In this document: positions 9,732 through 20,200 of the stretch, one piece after another
How the letters are laid out: each line of letters opens with the position of its first letter
Numbering within the stretch: the first letter of the stretch is position 1
NCBI GenBank assembly: GCA_965115985.1
Contig: OZ220474.1
Span: 988,909 to 1,052,908 of the forward strand
Reading direction: 5' to 3'
Origin: Acidimicrobiales bacterium
Lineage (GTDB): Bacteria; Actinomycetota; Acidimicrobiia; Acidimicrobiales; Bin134
DNA: 64,000 nucleotides
Notes under the pieces: model-generated
Databases searched by the model: none
The model's input: the letters and a program-made list of their open reading frames with translations, nothing else
Told to the model about the DNA's origin: nothing
Program-made: the position numbers and the translations under genes

Positions 9732-11309
9732 TTATTCCAGACGGGAGGCTCGGAGCAGTTCGACGGCGTGGGCGCGGGCGCTTTGGCTGTCGGGTGAACC
9801 GGAGAGCATTCGGGACAGTTCGATTATTCGATCCTCGCCCTCCAAGGGTTCCGCGGTCACCGAAACGGTCGATCCGTCGTCGTGCTTGATGATGCTCACC
9901 TGGCGATCGGCGCAAGCAGCCACCTGGGGCAGATGGGTGACCACCAACACCTGATGGTCGGTGCTCAATTGGGCCAACGCCTGTCCCACCGTCTGAGCCA
10001 CCTGGCCGCCGATGCCCGCGTCCACCTCGTCGAACACCAACACCGGGGGACCGGCGCTCATTGTCAGGCTCAGGGCCAGCATCACCCGGGCCAATTCGCC
10101 CCCGGAAGCCACCTGGCCGAGGGGCAAACCTTGTACCCCGCTGTTCGCGGCCAGCAGGATGCTCACGTCGTCGCCGGGGTCGTCGCCCACGTGGACCCGA
10201 ACCTCTGCTCTGGCCATGGCCAACTCTCGCAGTCGGGCCGTGACCTGGCGGCCCAGCGCGGTTGCCGCCCGTCGTCGAGCCGAGCCCACCGCTTCTCCGG
10301 CCTCGGCCACCGCCGCGACATGGCGGTGGTGGGCACCGTCCAGATCCTGGGCGAGGCGGTCGAAATCCTCCAGCTCACCCAGCCTCAGGGCCAGGTCTCG
10401 ATGAAACGCCATGACCTCGGTGAGGGTTTCCCCGTACTTGCGGCGCAGGTCCACCAGCAACTCCCGTCGCCGACGAACCTCGCCGAGACGTTGGGGGTTT
10501 TCCTCCATCGACTCGGCGGCCCGTCGCAATTCCATCGACAGATCGGATACCTCCGATGCCAGGCCGACGAGCCGCTCGTGGTGGGACTCCAGCGCCGGGC
10601 GGCTCTGCAACCGCGCGGCCGCCTCCGCCAACCCCGCCCCCACCGCTCCATCGGCACCCAGCGCCAGGGCGGCCTGCCGAGCGGCGTCGCGGCCAGCCGC
10701 GGCATCGGCCAGGGCGGCTTCCTCGGCCCTCAGATCGTCGTCCTCCGTCGGATTCTCCAAACCGGCGGCGTCGAGCTCTTCGAGCTGATACCGGCACAAC
10801 TCGATCTCCCGGGCCCGAGCTCGCCCGTCACCGCCCAGCTCGCGGCGCCGACGCTCAAGATCGGCCAACGCGGCCCGAGCTTCGACCAGTGCCGACAGAT
10901 CCACATCGCCGAACCGATCCAGGGCGGTCCGTTGGTTGGCCGCATGCCGCAACCACTGATGGGCGTGCTGGCCCTGAATGTCCACCAACTCCTGGCCCAG
11001 TTCCGAAAGCGCCGAGGTCGAGGCGATCCTGCCGTCCACATAGGCCCGGGCCCTTCCCCGGGCCGGAACCACCCGGCGCAACACGACCTCGGTGTCTTGA
11101 TGGTGGAACATGCCCTCCACCACGGCCTCGTCGGCTCCCGGGCGCACCAACGCCGGATTGGCCCGACCGCCCAGCAGCAGATCCAACGCGGTGATCACCA
11201 GGGTCTTGCCGGCACCGGTCTCGCCGGTCAGGGCGGTCATGCCCGGCTCCAGCACCAGGCCGAGCCGGTCGATCACCCCCAGGTTCTCAACGGCCAACTC
11301 GGTCAACAT
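9732..11309 (-). CDS. recN: DNA repair protein RecN
   Basis: [16 protein letters not shown]..., Walker A GETGAGKT, a long coiled-coil, the SMC signature [12 protein letters not shown] and Walker [13 protein letters not shown]. Confidence 0.9.
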   Translation of the reverse strand: MLTELAVENLGVIDRLGLVLEPGMTALTGETGAGKTLVITALDLLLGGRANPALVRPGADEAVVEGMFHHQDTEVVLRRVVPARGRARAYVDGRIASTSALSELGQELVDIQGQHAHQWLRHAANQRTALDRFGDVDLSALVEARAALADLERRRRELGGDGRARAREIELCRYQLEELDAAGLENPTEDDDLRAEEAALADAAAGRDAARQAALALGADGAVGAGLAEAAARLQSRPALESHHERLVGLASEVSDLSMELRRAAESMEENPQRLGEVRRRRELLVDLRRKYGETLTEVMAFHRDLALRLGELEDFDRLAQDLDGAHHRHVAAVAEAGEAVGSARRRAATALGRQVTARLRELAMARAEVRVHVGDDPGDDVSILLAANSGVQGLPLGQVASGGELARVMLALSLTMSAGPPVLVFDEVDAGIGGQVAQTVGQALAQLSTDHQVLVVTHLPQVAACADRQVSIIKHDDGSTVSVTAEPLEGEDRIIELSRMLSGSPDSQSARAHAVELLRASRLE

Positions 11310-11397
11310 CTACGGACTCTCATGGTTTACGGACCCTCAAGGCACACCCACGACTTTGGATTTACCGGCCCTCATGCTGCACCGGCAGGACTGGCCC

Positions 11398-12405
11398 TCA
11401 TCTACGGATTTTCCCGGATCTGCGATCCGGCAGACCGAACGACGACTTCAGCGCCTGGTGAAAGCCCCGCCTCCCCCCGGTCACCAACCGGGCGGGCTGC
11501 TCGGACACGGCCACCGTCAGTGTGTTACCCAACCCCAGTTGCCCCAACGAGCGTCCGTCCACCGCCACCGCCGCGGGGCGATTCTCCAGCACCTCGATGA
11601 CCAACTCGCTGGAGGGGAGCAGCACCAGGCTGCGATCGAACAAGGTGTGGGGGGCCACCGGCGTGAGAATCACCGCGCTCATGGTCGGAGCCAGAATGGG
11701 CCCACCGGCCGAGAGCGAGTAGGCGGTCGAACCGGTGGGGGTGGCCGCTATCAGGCCGTCGGCGGCGTAGCTCGTGAAGTACTCGCCGTCGATGTGAACG
11801 GCCAGGCTCACGGTGCGACCGCTGTCCAGCTTCTCCACGATCACCTCGTTCAACGCGCACCCCTCGGTACCGTCGTCCAGCTTGCAGCTCAGCCTGAGAC
11901 GCTCCTCGGTTTCGTAGTCACCGGCCAGGAACCGCTCCACCTCGGCCATGGCGTCCTCGGGCTGAACGTCGGTCAGATATCCCAACGAGCCGTAGTTGAC
12001 CCCCATCACCGGCACGCCGCGATCGGACACCGCGGTCACCGCCCTAAGCATCGAACCGTCTCCCCCGAGGCTCACCGCCAGATCGAGCCGGTCACCGATC
12101 CCATCCTCGGGAATAATCCCGTCCTCGGGAATAATGCCACCCTCGGGAATAATCCCATCCTCGGGAATAATCCCATCCTCGGGAATAATCCCATCCTCGG
12201 GAATAATCCCATCCTCGGCGCTGCTCCCGTCCTCGGGAACAGGGCCGAGCTCGGAAAACCCCGACTCGCTGCGACCCAGGGCCGTGGCCGCCTCGGGAGC
12301 GAGACGGATTCGGTGACCGCCGCCCTCCAAACGGTGAATCAACTCGGCCGCCAGTTCGAGAGCCTCGGGCCTTTCTGCATGCATGAACAGGGCGATTGCA
12401 GCCAC
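11398..12405 (-). CDS. nadK: NAD kinase
   Basis: GGDGSMLRA motif and the NAD-kinase C-terminal domain (TPTGSTAYSLSAGGPI). GTG start at 12405. It contains an (EDGIIP)n insertion. Confidence 0.9.
   Translation of the reverse strand: MAAIALFMHAERPEALELAAELIHRLEGGGHRIRLAPEAATALGRSESGFSELGPVPEDGSSAEDGIIPEDGIIPEDGIIPEDGIIPEGGIIPEDGIIPEDGIGDRLDLAVSLGGDGSMLRAVTAVSDRGVPVMGVNYGSLGYLTDVQPEDAMAEVERFLAGDYETEERLRLSCKLDDGTEGCALNEVIVEKLDSGRTVSLAVHIDGEYFTSYAADGLIAATPTGSTAYSLSAGGPILAPTMSAVILTPVAPHTLFDRSLVLLPSSELVIEVLENRPAAVAVDGRSLGQLGLGNTLTVAVSEQPARLVTGGRRGFHQALKSSFGLPDRRSGKIRR
12103..12246 (-). repeat. 18-bp in-frame microsatellite-like tandem repeat (about 8 units, central units identical) inside nadK
   Basis: The unit atcctcgggaataatccc is repeated and encodes (IPEDGI)n. 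Confidence 0.9.
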
Positions 12406-12414
12406 GGCCTCAGG

Positions 12415-13221
12415 TTATTGTCCCTCGACCCCGGTTTGGTTGTCCACCAGCGATACCACCTCGGCAGTATCCACCACCCCGACAGCTCCGCTCTTTTCCA
12501 ACAGTAGAAAGAACTCCACATTGCCCTGCCCGCCTCTCAGCGGCGACGGCATGGCCGCCCGAGGAGCAGCCTCCACCTCGGTCGCCGCCGCCATCACCCG
12601 GTCGAGGGCAGCCTGCCAGAGCCGTGGATCACCGATCACGCCCCGAGCCCGGGCGGCCTGTTGTCGGCCCACCTCGAACTGGGGTTTGACCAGAACCACC
12701 ATCGGCGTTCCCGGAGCGGCCAAACCAGCCAAGGACGCCAACACCGTGGTCAGCGATATGAAGGACAAATCGGCGGTGACCAGATCGAACGGTGCCCCTA
12801 TCCGATCGAGGTCCACACCTCGCACATCGGTGCGCTCGTAGACGAACACCCGAGGATCGGCCCTCAACCGCTCGTGCATCTGCGCCCTACCCACGTCAAC
12901 CGTGGCCACCCCCACCGCCCCGTTCTGCAACAAGCAGTCGGTGAACCCACCGGTGGACGCGCCCACATCGCAGCACCAGAGCCCGGCCACCTCCAAGCCG
13001 AACCCCGCCAGCGCACCGGCCAGCTTTTCCCCACCCCTGCTCACGAAGCGAGGCGGCGAACCCAGCAGGTTCACGGCATCACCGGGCAGCACCAGCCGGG
13101 CGGCCTTTTGAGCCACCGAACCGTTCACGGTGACCCGACCGGATTCCACCGCCTGCTTGGCCTTCTCCCGGCTCGACACCAGTCCTCGCCGGATCAGTTC
13201 GGCATCCAGCCTCCGACGCAT
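12415..13221 (-). CDS. tlyA: TlyA-family rRNA 2'-O-methyltransferase (S4 + FtsJ domains)
   Basis: MRRRLDAELIRRGLVSSREKAKQAVESGRVTVNG (S4 domain) and SAM motif CCDVGASTGGFTDCLL. I chose the ATG at 13221; the track start at 13260 lies in a junction repeat. Confidence 0.85.
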   Translation of the reverse strand: MRRRLDAELIRRGLVSSREKAKQAVESGRVTVNGSVAQKAARLVLPGDAVNLLGSPPRFVSRGGEKLAGALAGFGLEVAGLWCCDVGASTGGFTDCLLQNGAVGVATVDVGRAQMHERLRADPRVFVYERTDVRGVDLDRIGAPFDLVTADLSFISLTTVLASLAGLAAPGTPMVVLVKPQFEVGRQQAARARGVIGDPRLWQAALDRVMAAATEVEAAPRAAMPSPLRGGQGNVEFFLLLEKSGAVGVVDTAEVVSLVDNQTGVEGQ

Positions 13222-13309
13222 CCGGCTCACCTCACCCCAAGAGGCGGACCAGGTCGGCATCCGGCCTCTTACGGTCCGGCCTCCGGCGCATCCCGCTCAC
13301 CCCAAGGGC
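13200..13309. repeat. Junction duplication (HAD-gene stop / tlyA start), two diverged copies
   Basis: cggcatcc(a/g)gcctcc(g)(a/g)cgcatcc(g/c)gctcacc...ccccaag(a)ggc occurs at about 13200-13245 and 13255-13309. Confidence 0.7.
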
Positions 13310-14043
13310 TCGATGCCCATCCGGTCGACCAGGGTGGCCAGATCGGGAGCACAGTACTGCGGCTCGGGCGACACCGGCAGGTCGTCGGCACCGGTGACCC
13401 CGCTCAGCACCAGTGCGAACTCGTATCCCAACGCCCGGGCGAAGCAACCGTCGGAGTCGGGACGGTCCCCCACCACCACGCCGGTACCGCCGATCCGGTC
13501 GCGCACGCATCCGACCACCGGATCGTTGGGCTTTCCCGCCATGGTGGGCACGGTCTCCGCGGCCGTCGCCACTGCGGCCAGCACGGCACCGCCGCCCGGC
13601 TCCAGTCGGGACTCGGTGGGGTAGCTGGGATCATGGTTGGTGCCGATCAACCGGGCCCCGGCCCGCACCGCCCGCATGGCTCGGCCCAGAACGTCGTAGT
13701 CGAAACCGGGGTCGATCCCCACGATCACCGCATCGACCGCCTCCGACTCGCAGACCTCGGCCCCGGCCGCCTCAACCGCCTCGACGATGCCGGGACCGCC
13801 CACCACCAGCACCCGCTCGCCGGTATGGACGAGTCGTCCGGCCGCGGTGGCCGAGGTGACCACCAACCCGGTGGCATCGATCCCGCAGGCGGCCAGTCGG
13901 GCCTCCTGCTCGGCCACGGTCAGCGCCGACATGTTGGTGACGAACACCAGGGATGCGCCCGACCGTCGCAACCGTTCCACCGCCTCGGCGGCCCCGGGCA
14001 CCGGGGTCCGTCCCACCCACACCACTCCGTCCAGGTCGAGCAC
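13297..14043 (-). CDS. HAD-superfamily hydrolase, subfamily IIA (NagD-like phosphatase)
   Basis: Motif I LDLDGVVW, then VFVTNMS and GDRPDSD. I chose GTG 14043; the track ORF (to 14316) runs through duplicated junction sequence. Confidence 0.75.
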   Translation of the reverse strand: MLDLDGVVWVGRTPVPGAAEAVERLRRSGASLVFVTNMSALTVAEQEARLAACGIDATGLVVTSATAAGRLVHTGERVLVVGGPGIVEAVEAAGAEVCESEAVDAVIVGIDPGFDYDVLGRAMRAVRAGARLIGTNHDPSYPTESRLEPGGGAVLAAVATAAETVPTMAGKPNDPVVGCVRDRIGGTGVVVGDRPDSDGCFARALGYEFALVLSGVTGADDLPVSPEPQYCAPDLATLVDRMGIEPLG

Positions 14044-14046
14044 CCA

Positions 14047-14142
14047 CCCACTGGGAGGATGCCCGGACGAGAAGCGGGAGCCGCTCAGGAGACCCACTGG
14101 GAGGGAGGATGCCCGGACGAGAAGCGGGAGCCGCTCAGGAGA
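14047..14142. repeat. Tandem junction duplication (46 and 50 nt) of korB stop / HAD-gene start
   Basis: cccactggga(ggga)ggatgcccggacgagaagcgggagccgctcaggaga occurs at 14047-14092 and 14093-14142. The korB stop (14135) is in copy 2. Confidence 0.85.
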
Positions 14143-15163
14143 CCTCCCAGGTGGGCTGGGAGTGCAACAGCGCTTGGAGATCGCCGGGGCCGGACTGGTC
14201 CTGGGCCATGGCAAGCTGTTTGCTGGCCTCGCCGGCGTACTCGGGCCGCTCCACCGCCCGGTACACACCGATGGGGGTGGGCTCGAACGGGCCGGCCGAG
14301 AGCCGTGACAGCGCAAAGGCCAGGCTGGGGTCCTGGCGGGTCTCGTCGTGGACCAGCAGGGCCGACTCGCCGACGTCGGCCACGTCCACGACCTCGGCGC
14401 TTCCCTGGGAGTTCATGACCACGCCCTTGTCGTCGTCGTCCCCGAAACGTATGGGCCGACCGTGCTCGAGCGGGATGAGCATGGAGGCTCGCTTGTCCTT
14501 CTTGGTGATCGCCCCGAACGCCCCATCGTTGAACACGTTGCAGTTCTGGAACACCTCCACGAAGGCGGCACCGGGAAAATCGTGGGCCCGTCGGAACATG
14601 TCCATCATGTGTTGGCGGTCCATGTCATGGGTACGGGCCACGAAACTGGCCTCGGCCCCCAACGCCACCGAGATGGGATTGAACGGCTCGTCGATACTGC
14701 CCGCCGGGGTGGACTTGGTGACCTTGCCGATCTCGCTGGTGGGCGAGTACTGGCCCTTGGTCAGCCCGTAGATCTGATTGTTGAACAACAAGATGTTGAG
14801 ATTCACGTTGCGGCGCAGGGCATGCAGCAGGTGATTGCCGCCGATGGACAGCATGTCCCCGTCCCCGCCGACCACCCACACGTGCAGGTCGGGACGGGCC
14901 ATGGCCAGGCCGGTGGCCAGCGCGGGAGCCCGGCCGTGAATACCGTGCATCCCGTAGGTGTTCATGTAGTACGGGAACCGGGCGGCGCAGCCGATGCCCG
15001 ATACGAACACGGTGTCCTCCCGCCGCACGCCGAGTTCGGGCATGAGGAGTTGCACCGCGGTCAAGATCGAGTAGTCCCCGCATCCGGGGCACCAACGAAC
15101 CTCCTGGTCGCTGGTCCAATCGGCCTTGGTGGTGGTGGGCACGTCGGTCATCAATGGCTCCAT
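14135..15163 (-). CDS. korB: 2-oxoglutarate/2-oxoacid:ferredoxin oxidoreductase, beta (ThDP) subunit
   Basis: WCPGCGDYSILTAVQ, ThDP motif VVGGDGDMLSIGGNH, 342 aa. Confidence 0.9.
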   Translation of the reverse strand: MEPLMTDVPTTTKADWTSDQEVRWCPGCGDYSILTAVQLLMPELGVRREDTVFVSGIGCAARFPYYMNTYGMHGIHGRAPALATGLAMARPDLHVWVVGGDGDMLSIGGNHLLHALRRNVNLNILLFNNQIYGLTKGQYSPTSEIGKVTKSTPAGSIDEPFNPISVALGAEASFVARTHDMDRQHMMDMFRRAHDFPGAAFVEVFQNCNVFNDGAFGAITKKDKRASMLIPLEHGRPIRFGDDDDKGVVMNSQGSAEVVDVADVGESALLVHDETRQDPSLAFALSRLSAGPFEPTPIGVYRAVERPEYAGEASKQLAMAQDQSGPGDLQALLHSQPTWEVS

Positions 15164-15293
15164 TGATCGGTAGTGGTGGATTGATCGGTAATGGCCGGCA
15201 CGTCGGTCATCAATTGAACGGTGGTGGGCCCGTCAGCCATCAATGGCTCGATTGATCCGTGGGGAGGGCCCGTCAGCCATCGATGGCTCGGTT
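15131..15293. repeat. Three to four degenerate copies of the korA-stop / korB-start junction
   Basis: Variants of ggtggtgggc(a/c)cgtc(g/a)g(t/c)catcaatggctc(c/g)attgatc are reiterated between korB ATG (15163) and korA stop (15273). Confidence 0.75.
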
Positions 15294-17150
15294 TATGTGC
15301 GAGTGGAGCTCGGCCGCGGTGAAGGGAATCCCCTCGACCTTGCTCACCGATTGGGCATCGACCAGGAACTCGGCCCGGACGATGCGACAGAGCTGCCCCA
15401 GGTTCATCTCCGGTACCAGCACCTTGGGGTAGCGGCGCACGACGTCGCCCAGATCGTTGGGCAGCGGGTTCAGATGGGTCAGGTGGGCATGGGCCACCTT
15501 GCGTCCCTCCGACCGGGCCCGCATGACCGCACTGGTGATGGCCCCCCAGGTGGAGCCCCAGCCCAGGACCAGAAGATCGGCATCGTCCGTATCACCGTCC
15601 ACCATGGTGGGGGGGATGTCGTCGGCAATATGGGCTATGCGGTCGGCCCGCAGCCTCACCATGTAACCGTGGTTCTCGGGCTCGTAGTTGATGTTGCCGG
15701 TGCCGTCCTCCTTCTCTATGCCCCCGATGCGGTGGGTGAGGTCGGGGGTGCCGGGCACCGCCCACGGCCGGGCCAGGGTCTCGGGATCGCGCAGATAGGG
15801 CCAGAACACCTCGGTTCCATCGGCCTCGGTGCGGTTGGGCCCGGTGGCGAACTCCACCGTGAGGTCGGGAAGCCGCGACACGTCGGGCAAACGCCAGGGT
15901 TCGCTGCCGTTGGCCAGGTAGCCGTCGGACAAAAGGATCACCGGGGTGCGGTACTTGAGGGCGATCCGGGCCGCCTCGATGGCGGCGAAGAAACACTGCG
16001 AGGGGCTGTAGGCGGCCACGATCGGTACCGGCGACTCGCCGTGACGCCCGTACATGGCCTGCATCAGGTCGGCGCTCTCGGTCTTGGTCGGCAGGCCGGT
16101 GGACGGCCCGCCCCGCTGGATGTTGATGACCAGAAGGGGCAGCTCCAGGCTGACCGCCAGGCCGATGGTCTCGCCCTTGAGGGCGACACCGGGCCCGCTG
16201 GTGGTGGTCACCCCCAGATGCCCGCCGAAGGACGCGCCCAGCGCCGCGCACACCGCGGCGATCTCGTCCTCGGCCTGAAGGGTGCGCACCCCGAAGTTCT
16301 TGCGTCGACTCAGCTCGTGGAGGATGTCGCTGGCCGGCGTAATGGGGTAGGAGCCCAAAAAGAGCGGGATCTTGGCCCGCTGACTGGCCGCCACCAGCCC
16401 CCAGGACAACGCGGTGTTGCCGTTGACGTTGGTATAGGTGCCCGGTTCCAGCACCGCGGGCTTCACCTCGTAGGTGAAGTCGAAGAGCTCGGCGGTTTCG
16501 CCGAAGGCCATCCCGGCCTTGAACGCCGCGGTGTTGGCGTCGGCGATGAGCTGCTGACGCTTGAACTTGGCCGAGATCCAATCCAGGGTGGGCTGGGCCG
16601 GACGACTGTAGAGCCACGACAAAAGCCCCAGGGCGAAGAAGTTCTTGGACCGCTCGGCGTCTCGGGGCTTCACCCCCAGGTCCTTGCAGACCTCCTTGGT
16701 GATGGTGGTCATCGGAACCTTGAACAAGGTGTAGTTGTCCAGGCTGCCGTCCTCCAGGGGATCGGTCTCGTAGCCCGCCTTGGCCAGGTTGCGCTCCACG
16801 AAGGCGTCCTGGTTGACGATCACCGTGCCGCCGATCTCCAGATGGCCCAGCTCCTTGCGCAGGGCCGCCGGATTCATGGCCACCAGCACATTGGGGGCGT
16901 CACCCGGCGTGGTGATGTCGTGGTCGGAGACCTGCACCTGGAACGCCGACACCCCGGCCAGGGTCCCCTGAGGGGCCCTGATCTCGGCCGGGAACTCGGG
17001 CAGCGTGGCCAGATCGTTGCCGAACAGCGCACTGGCGTTGGTGAAGCGGTCACCGGTTAGCTGCATGCCGTCCCCGGAGTCGCCAGCGAAACGAACCACC
17101 AAACGATTCAGCTCGCGCGTCCCCACCGAGCGCGAAACGGTGTCTGTCAC
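15273..17150 (-). CDS. korA: 2-oxoglutarate/2-oxoacid:ferredoxin oxidoreductase, alpha subunit
   Basis: VRFAGDSGDGMQLTGDRF, YPITPASDILHEL. GTG 17150 is preceded by aaggagg 5 nt upstream. The track ORF extends to 17234. Confidence 0.9.
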   Translation of the reverse strand: MTDTVSRSVGTRELNRLVVRFAGDSGDGMQLTGDRFTNASALFGNDLATLPEFPAEIRAPQGTLAGVSAFQVQVSDHDITTPGDAPNVLVAMNPAALRKELGHLEIGGTVIVNQDAFVERNLAKAGYETDPLEDGSLDNYTLFKVPMTTITKEVCKDLGVKPRDAERSKNFFALGLLSWLYSRPAQPTLDWISAKFKRQQLIADANTAAFKAGMAFGETAELFDFTYEVKPAVLEPGTYTNVNGNTALSWGLVAASQRAKIPLFLGSYPITPASDILHELSRRKNFGVRTLQAEDEIAAVCAALGASFGGHLGVTTTSGPGVALKGETIGLAVSLELPLLVINIQRGGPSTGLPTKTESADLMQAMYGRHGESPVPIVAAYSPSQCFFAAIEAARIALKYRTPVILLSDGYLANGSEPWRLPDVSRLPDLTVEFATGPNRTEADGTEVFWPYLRDPETLARPWAVPGTPDLTHRIGGIEKEDGTGNINYEPENHGYMVRLRADRIAHIADDIPPTMVDGDTDDADLLVLGWGSTWGAITSAVMRARSEGRKVAHAHLTHLNPLPNDLGDVVRRYPKVLVPEMNLGQLCRIVRAEFLVDAQSVSKVEGIPFTAAELHSHINRAIDG

Positions 17151-17251
17151 GGAATCCTCCTTGATCCCATATGGCCCCTCGCCCTTGGCGATGCCGAGCC
17201 TTGAGAATACCCAGCGCGCCCCCCCAAGTGGCACATACTCACCACAAACCT

Positions 17252-17288
17252 GCCCCGCTCGGCAACAGCCCCACCCACGAGCCGGGGC
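17252..17288 (-). terminator. Candidate hairpin downstream of the Type ISP-like gene
   Basis: gccccgctcg (17252-17261) pairs imperfectly with cgagccggggc (17278-17288). A weak T-rich tail follows on the minus strand. Confidence 0.3.
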
Positions 17289-17299
17289 TCCGGCCTACG

Positions 17300-20200
17300 T
17301 CAGTCGGCGTATTGACCGTAGGCGAGCCCGCGGACGTGAGGTTCGGCATGCAGCAGCTTGCGGAGCCCGGCGATCTCGGCATCGTCCCAGCCGAGGGCGG
17401 CACAGACGGCCGCGTCCCACAGTTCACGGACCTCGCACTCGCCGTCGCGGAACTGCGGAACCAGCATGTGGCGGGTGGCCGCCCAGCACTCGGCAAGGGT
17501 CGAGCAGATGTGCGGGTCGGAGAGGTCCGGAACGGGCAGGGCCTTGAAGTCGATTGGTCTATATTGTGGGAAGGCTAACTTGCGGCCCGGGTTTCGCATC
17601 AGCAGAAGTCGCCCTGGGGTTGAGTTTAGGAAGATGACTATTGCCTTAGCCCAGAACGCGTCAATGCCAGTAACTGGCATCCAGCCATAGCCAACATAGG
17701 GTGCATCGGAGGCTACGGCGGTGACGCGCCCAGTGCTAGTGTCTTGGCCTACCGTCACAAGCAGATATCCGGCCTTGTCGAGTACTGGTGGAGGTTCAGC
17801 TTTATGATGGATCCAGTATTCGTCCGGTACGGCTTCAATCCGCAACTGGCCATCAGCACCCTTGCTCTTGAGTATCGCAAAAGCTCCGGAAACCTCAGGT
17901 GATGCTCTACGGTAATACCCCCAGAGTATTTCAAGTGTACTATGGCATATCATACCAAATTCAGTCATTGGTTGTAACACCATATCTTCGGCAAAATGTG
18001 CCGCAGCTTCAGCTAAAATTGGCGAGCGCCATATAGCAGTACTCCAGTCACCTCGTTGCATTCGCTCGGCTGGCCATTCTGAGACCTCCCCCCAGCCGTC
18101 GGCGAGCACACCTCTACCACGTTCTTCGACGGCACTGAACAACTTAGTGACTTCAGTGTCATCATGGGGAAAGCGATCCAGTGCTATGAACCTTGTCGGT
18201 TGCAGATCGCTTTCGGAGCGACGTAAAACGACGATACTTTCGTTTATACTGGTGTTCTGACTTAGGTTTATGTTTCCAGGCTGGTGGCAAGTCAAAACAG
18301 TGTCAACTTGGAATCGATCGGCAAGCACACAACGCTCTTGGGTACCGGAGTAATTTGCCAGTACAACAGTTGGGCATATCATCGCCAAGACACCGTTATT
18401 ACCCCTGATGCATAGTTCACCAAGAGCGGTGAACAACGGCCGTAGGGATCGCTTGGATACGAAGCCGTCCAATCCAGGATCAGCAGCCACCATGTCGCTC
18501 TCAAGCCCATCAATCCGTTTCCTCAATCGGTCTCTAACATCGGTCGAGAACTTCTCTCCCATACGCCTACGCTCAGTGAACGGCGGGTTCATTATCACAA
18601 TCCGGGCATCCATGGCTGCTTTGGCTGCTTTTTCCACTTCTGGGTCTCCCAGGCTGTGCTTGATGGCCTCGCCCTGGGCTGCGCCGGCGAACATTTCGGT
18701 CTGTCGCCGGGGAACGATCTCGTTCTCGGCGATCAACTCCAATGTTCCTGCCGCGATGGGCACCACCGGATCGTCGGTCGGGCCGTAGGGCATCCGGTAG
18801 AGTCCCATCCCGCCGTACTTGATGTCGGTATTGCCGGCGGTCAACTGGGTGGCGGCGAGCTGAAGCGACACCGGGTTGATGTCCATGCCCTTGAGCACCT
18901 CCTCGACGGCCAGCTTTTGCAGGTCGGCGATCCGGGCCCGCGACGCGCCCTGTTCGCGAGCTCGGCGCTTCATCTCGGCCAGTAGTGCGGCCAGCAGGGT
19001 GCCACTGCCGCAGGCCAGATCCACCGACTTGTGGGCTCGCCAGGTTGCCGGGTCGGTCCAGTCCTGGGGGCCGCAGGCGTCCAGCGCCAACCGGGCGGCC
19101 ATGGTGGCGGCGGGCGGGCGGGTGAAGTAGGCACCGTCCGACGCCTGGTTGCCCATCACCTTGTTGAACAGGGGCCCGGCGTGATCGGCTCCCATGTCGG
19201 CGTAGGTCGCGGCGATGCGTTCGGCCTCGGCGGCCAGATGCCGCAGGGCCCGCTCCAGGCCGGCGAGCCTGGCGGTGTCCTCCACCGCGAAGACGGCCTC
19301 CTGGGCGGGCTCGATCACCGGCAAGAAGTCCTGACGAGTGATACGGCCCCAATTGCGCTTCATCCGTTCGACCACTCCGGCGTCGCTCTTGATCACCGCC
19401 AGCGATTCGACGTCGCGCAACCAGCCACCGGCGGCAATACGGTGATGCAGCATCGCCGCGTTCATCCACAACAGCGAGGCGATGGTGCAGCCGTCGGCCT
19501 GTTGAGAGCGGCTCTGGGCATCCAGGTGATCCAAACCGAAGTGGGCATCCAGCGCCGGCTTCAGCCCGTCCTGGCGCAGATGGTGAGCGGCCTCCTTGAC
19601 GCTCTCCTCCAGAAGATTCAGGTCGCGGCCCACCCGGTCGCGCCGAAGACCCGACTTGGCCAGCAGGTTCACCGTGATCTCGTTTCCGAATGCTTCGCCG
19701 ATCTGTCGAAGCATCAACTGCGCGTGTTCTTCCTGCTTCCGGGCCTTGGCCTTGGCGGCTCTTTTCCTTCGTTCGGCCTTCGACGGAACCTGATTGCCGA
19801 TCCCCTTGTTGATCATGTTGCGGGCGTGCTTCTTGGTCTTCTCCACGTTTACCCGGCCACGAACCTGATCCGCCGACCGCTTGTCCCGCGGCACCGTGTC
19901 ATGGCGCAACTGCATCGCGCCGTCGGCGGTCCGAGCGACGGTGACGACCTGGGTGGGCTCGGTTTCCGGGGTCCACATCTCGGGACGTACCGGCTCCAGG
20001 CCGTGCTCCGACCAGGGCGTGTCGGCGACGACAGCCGCCTCCACCGCATCGAACACCGACTGGGTGGGGCCACGATGCTCGCCGTAACGGATACGCCCGG
20101 TGGATGCCGAGGCAACCGCCACCAAACTGGTCGTCTCCAGATTCAACTGCGGTGGCGACACGTACACCTTCAGCATCTCGGCCAGTTCCTCCTCGATGCG

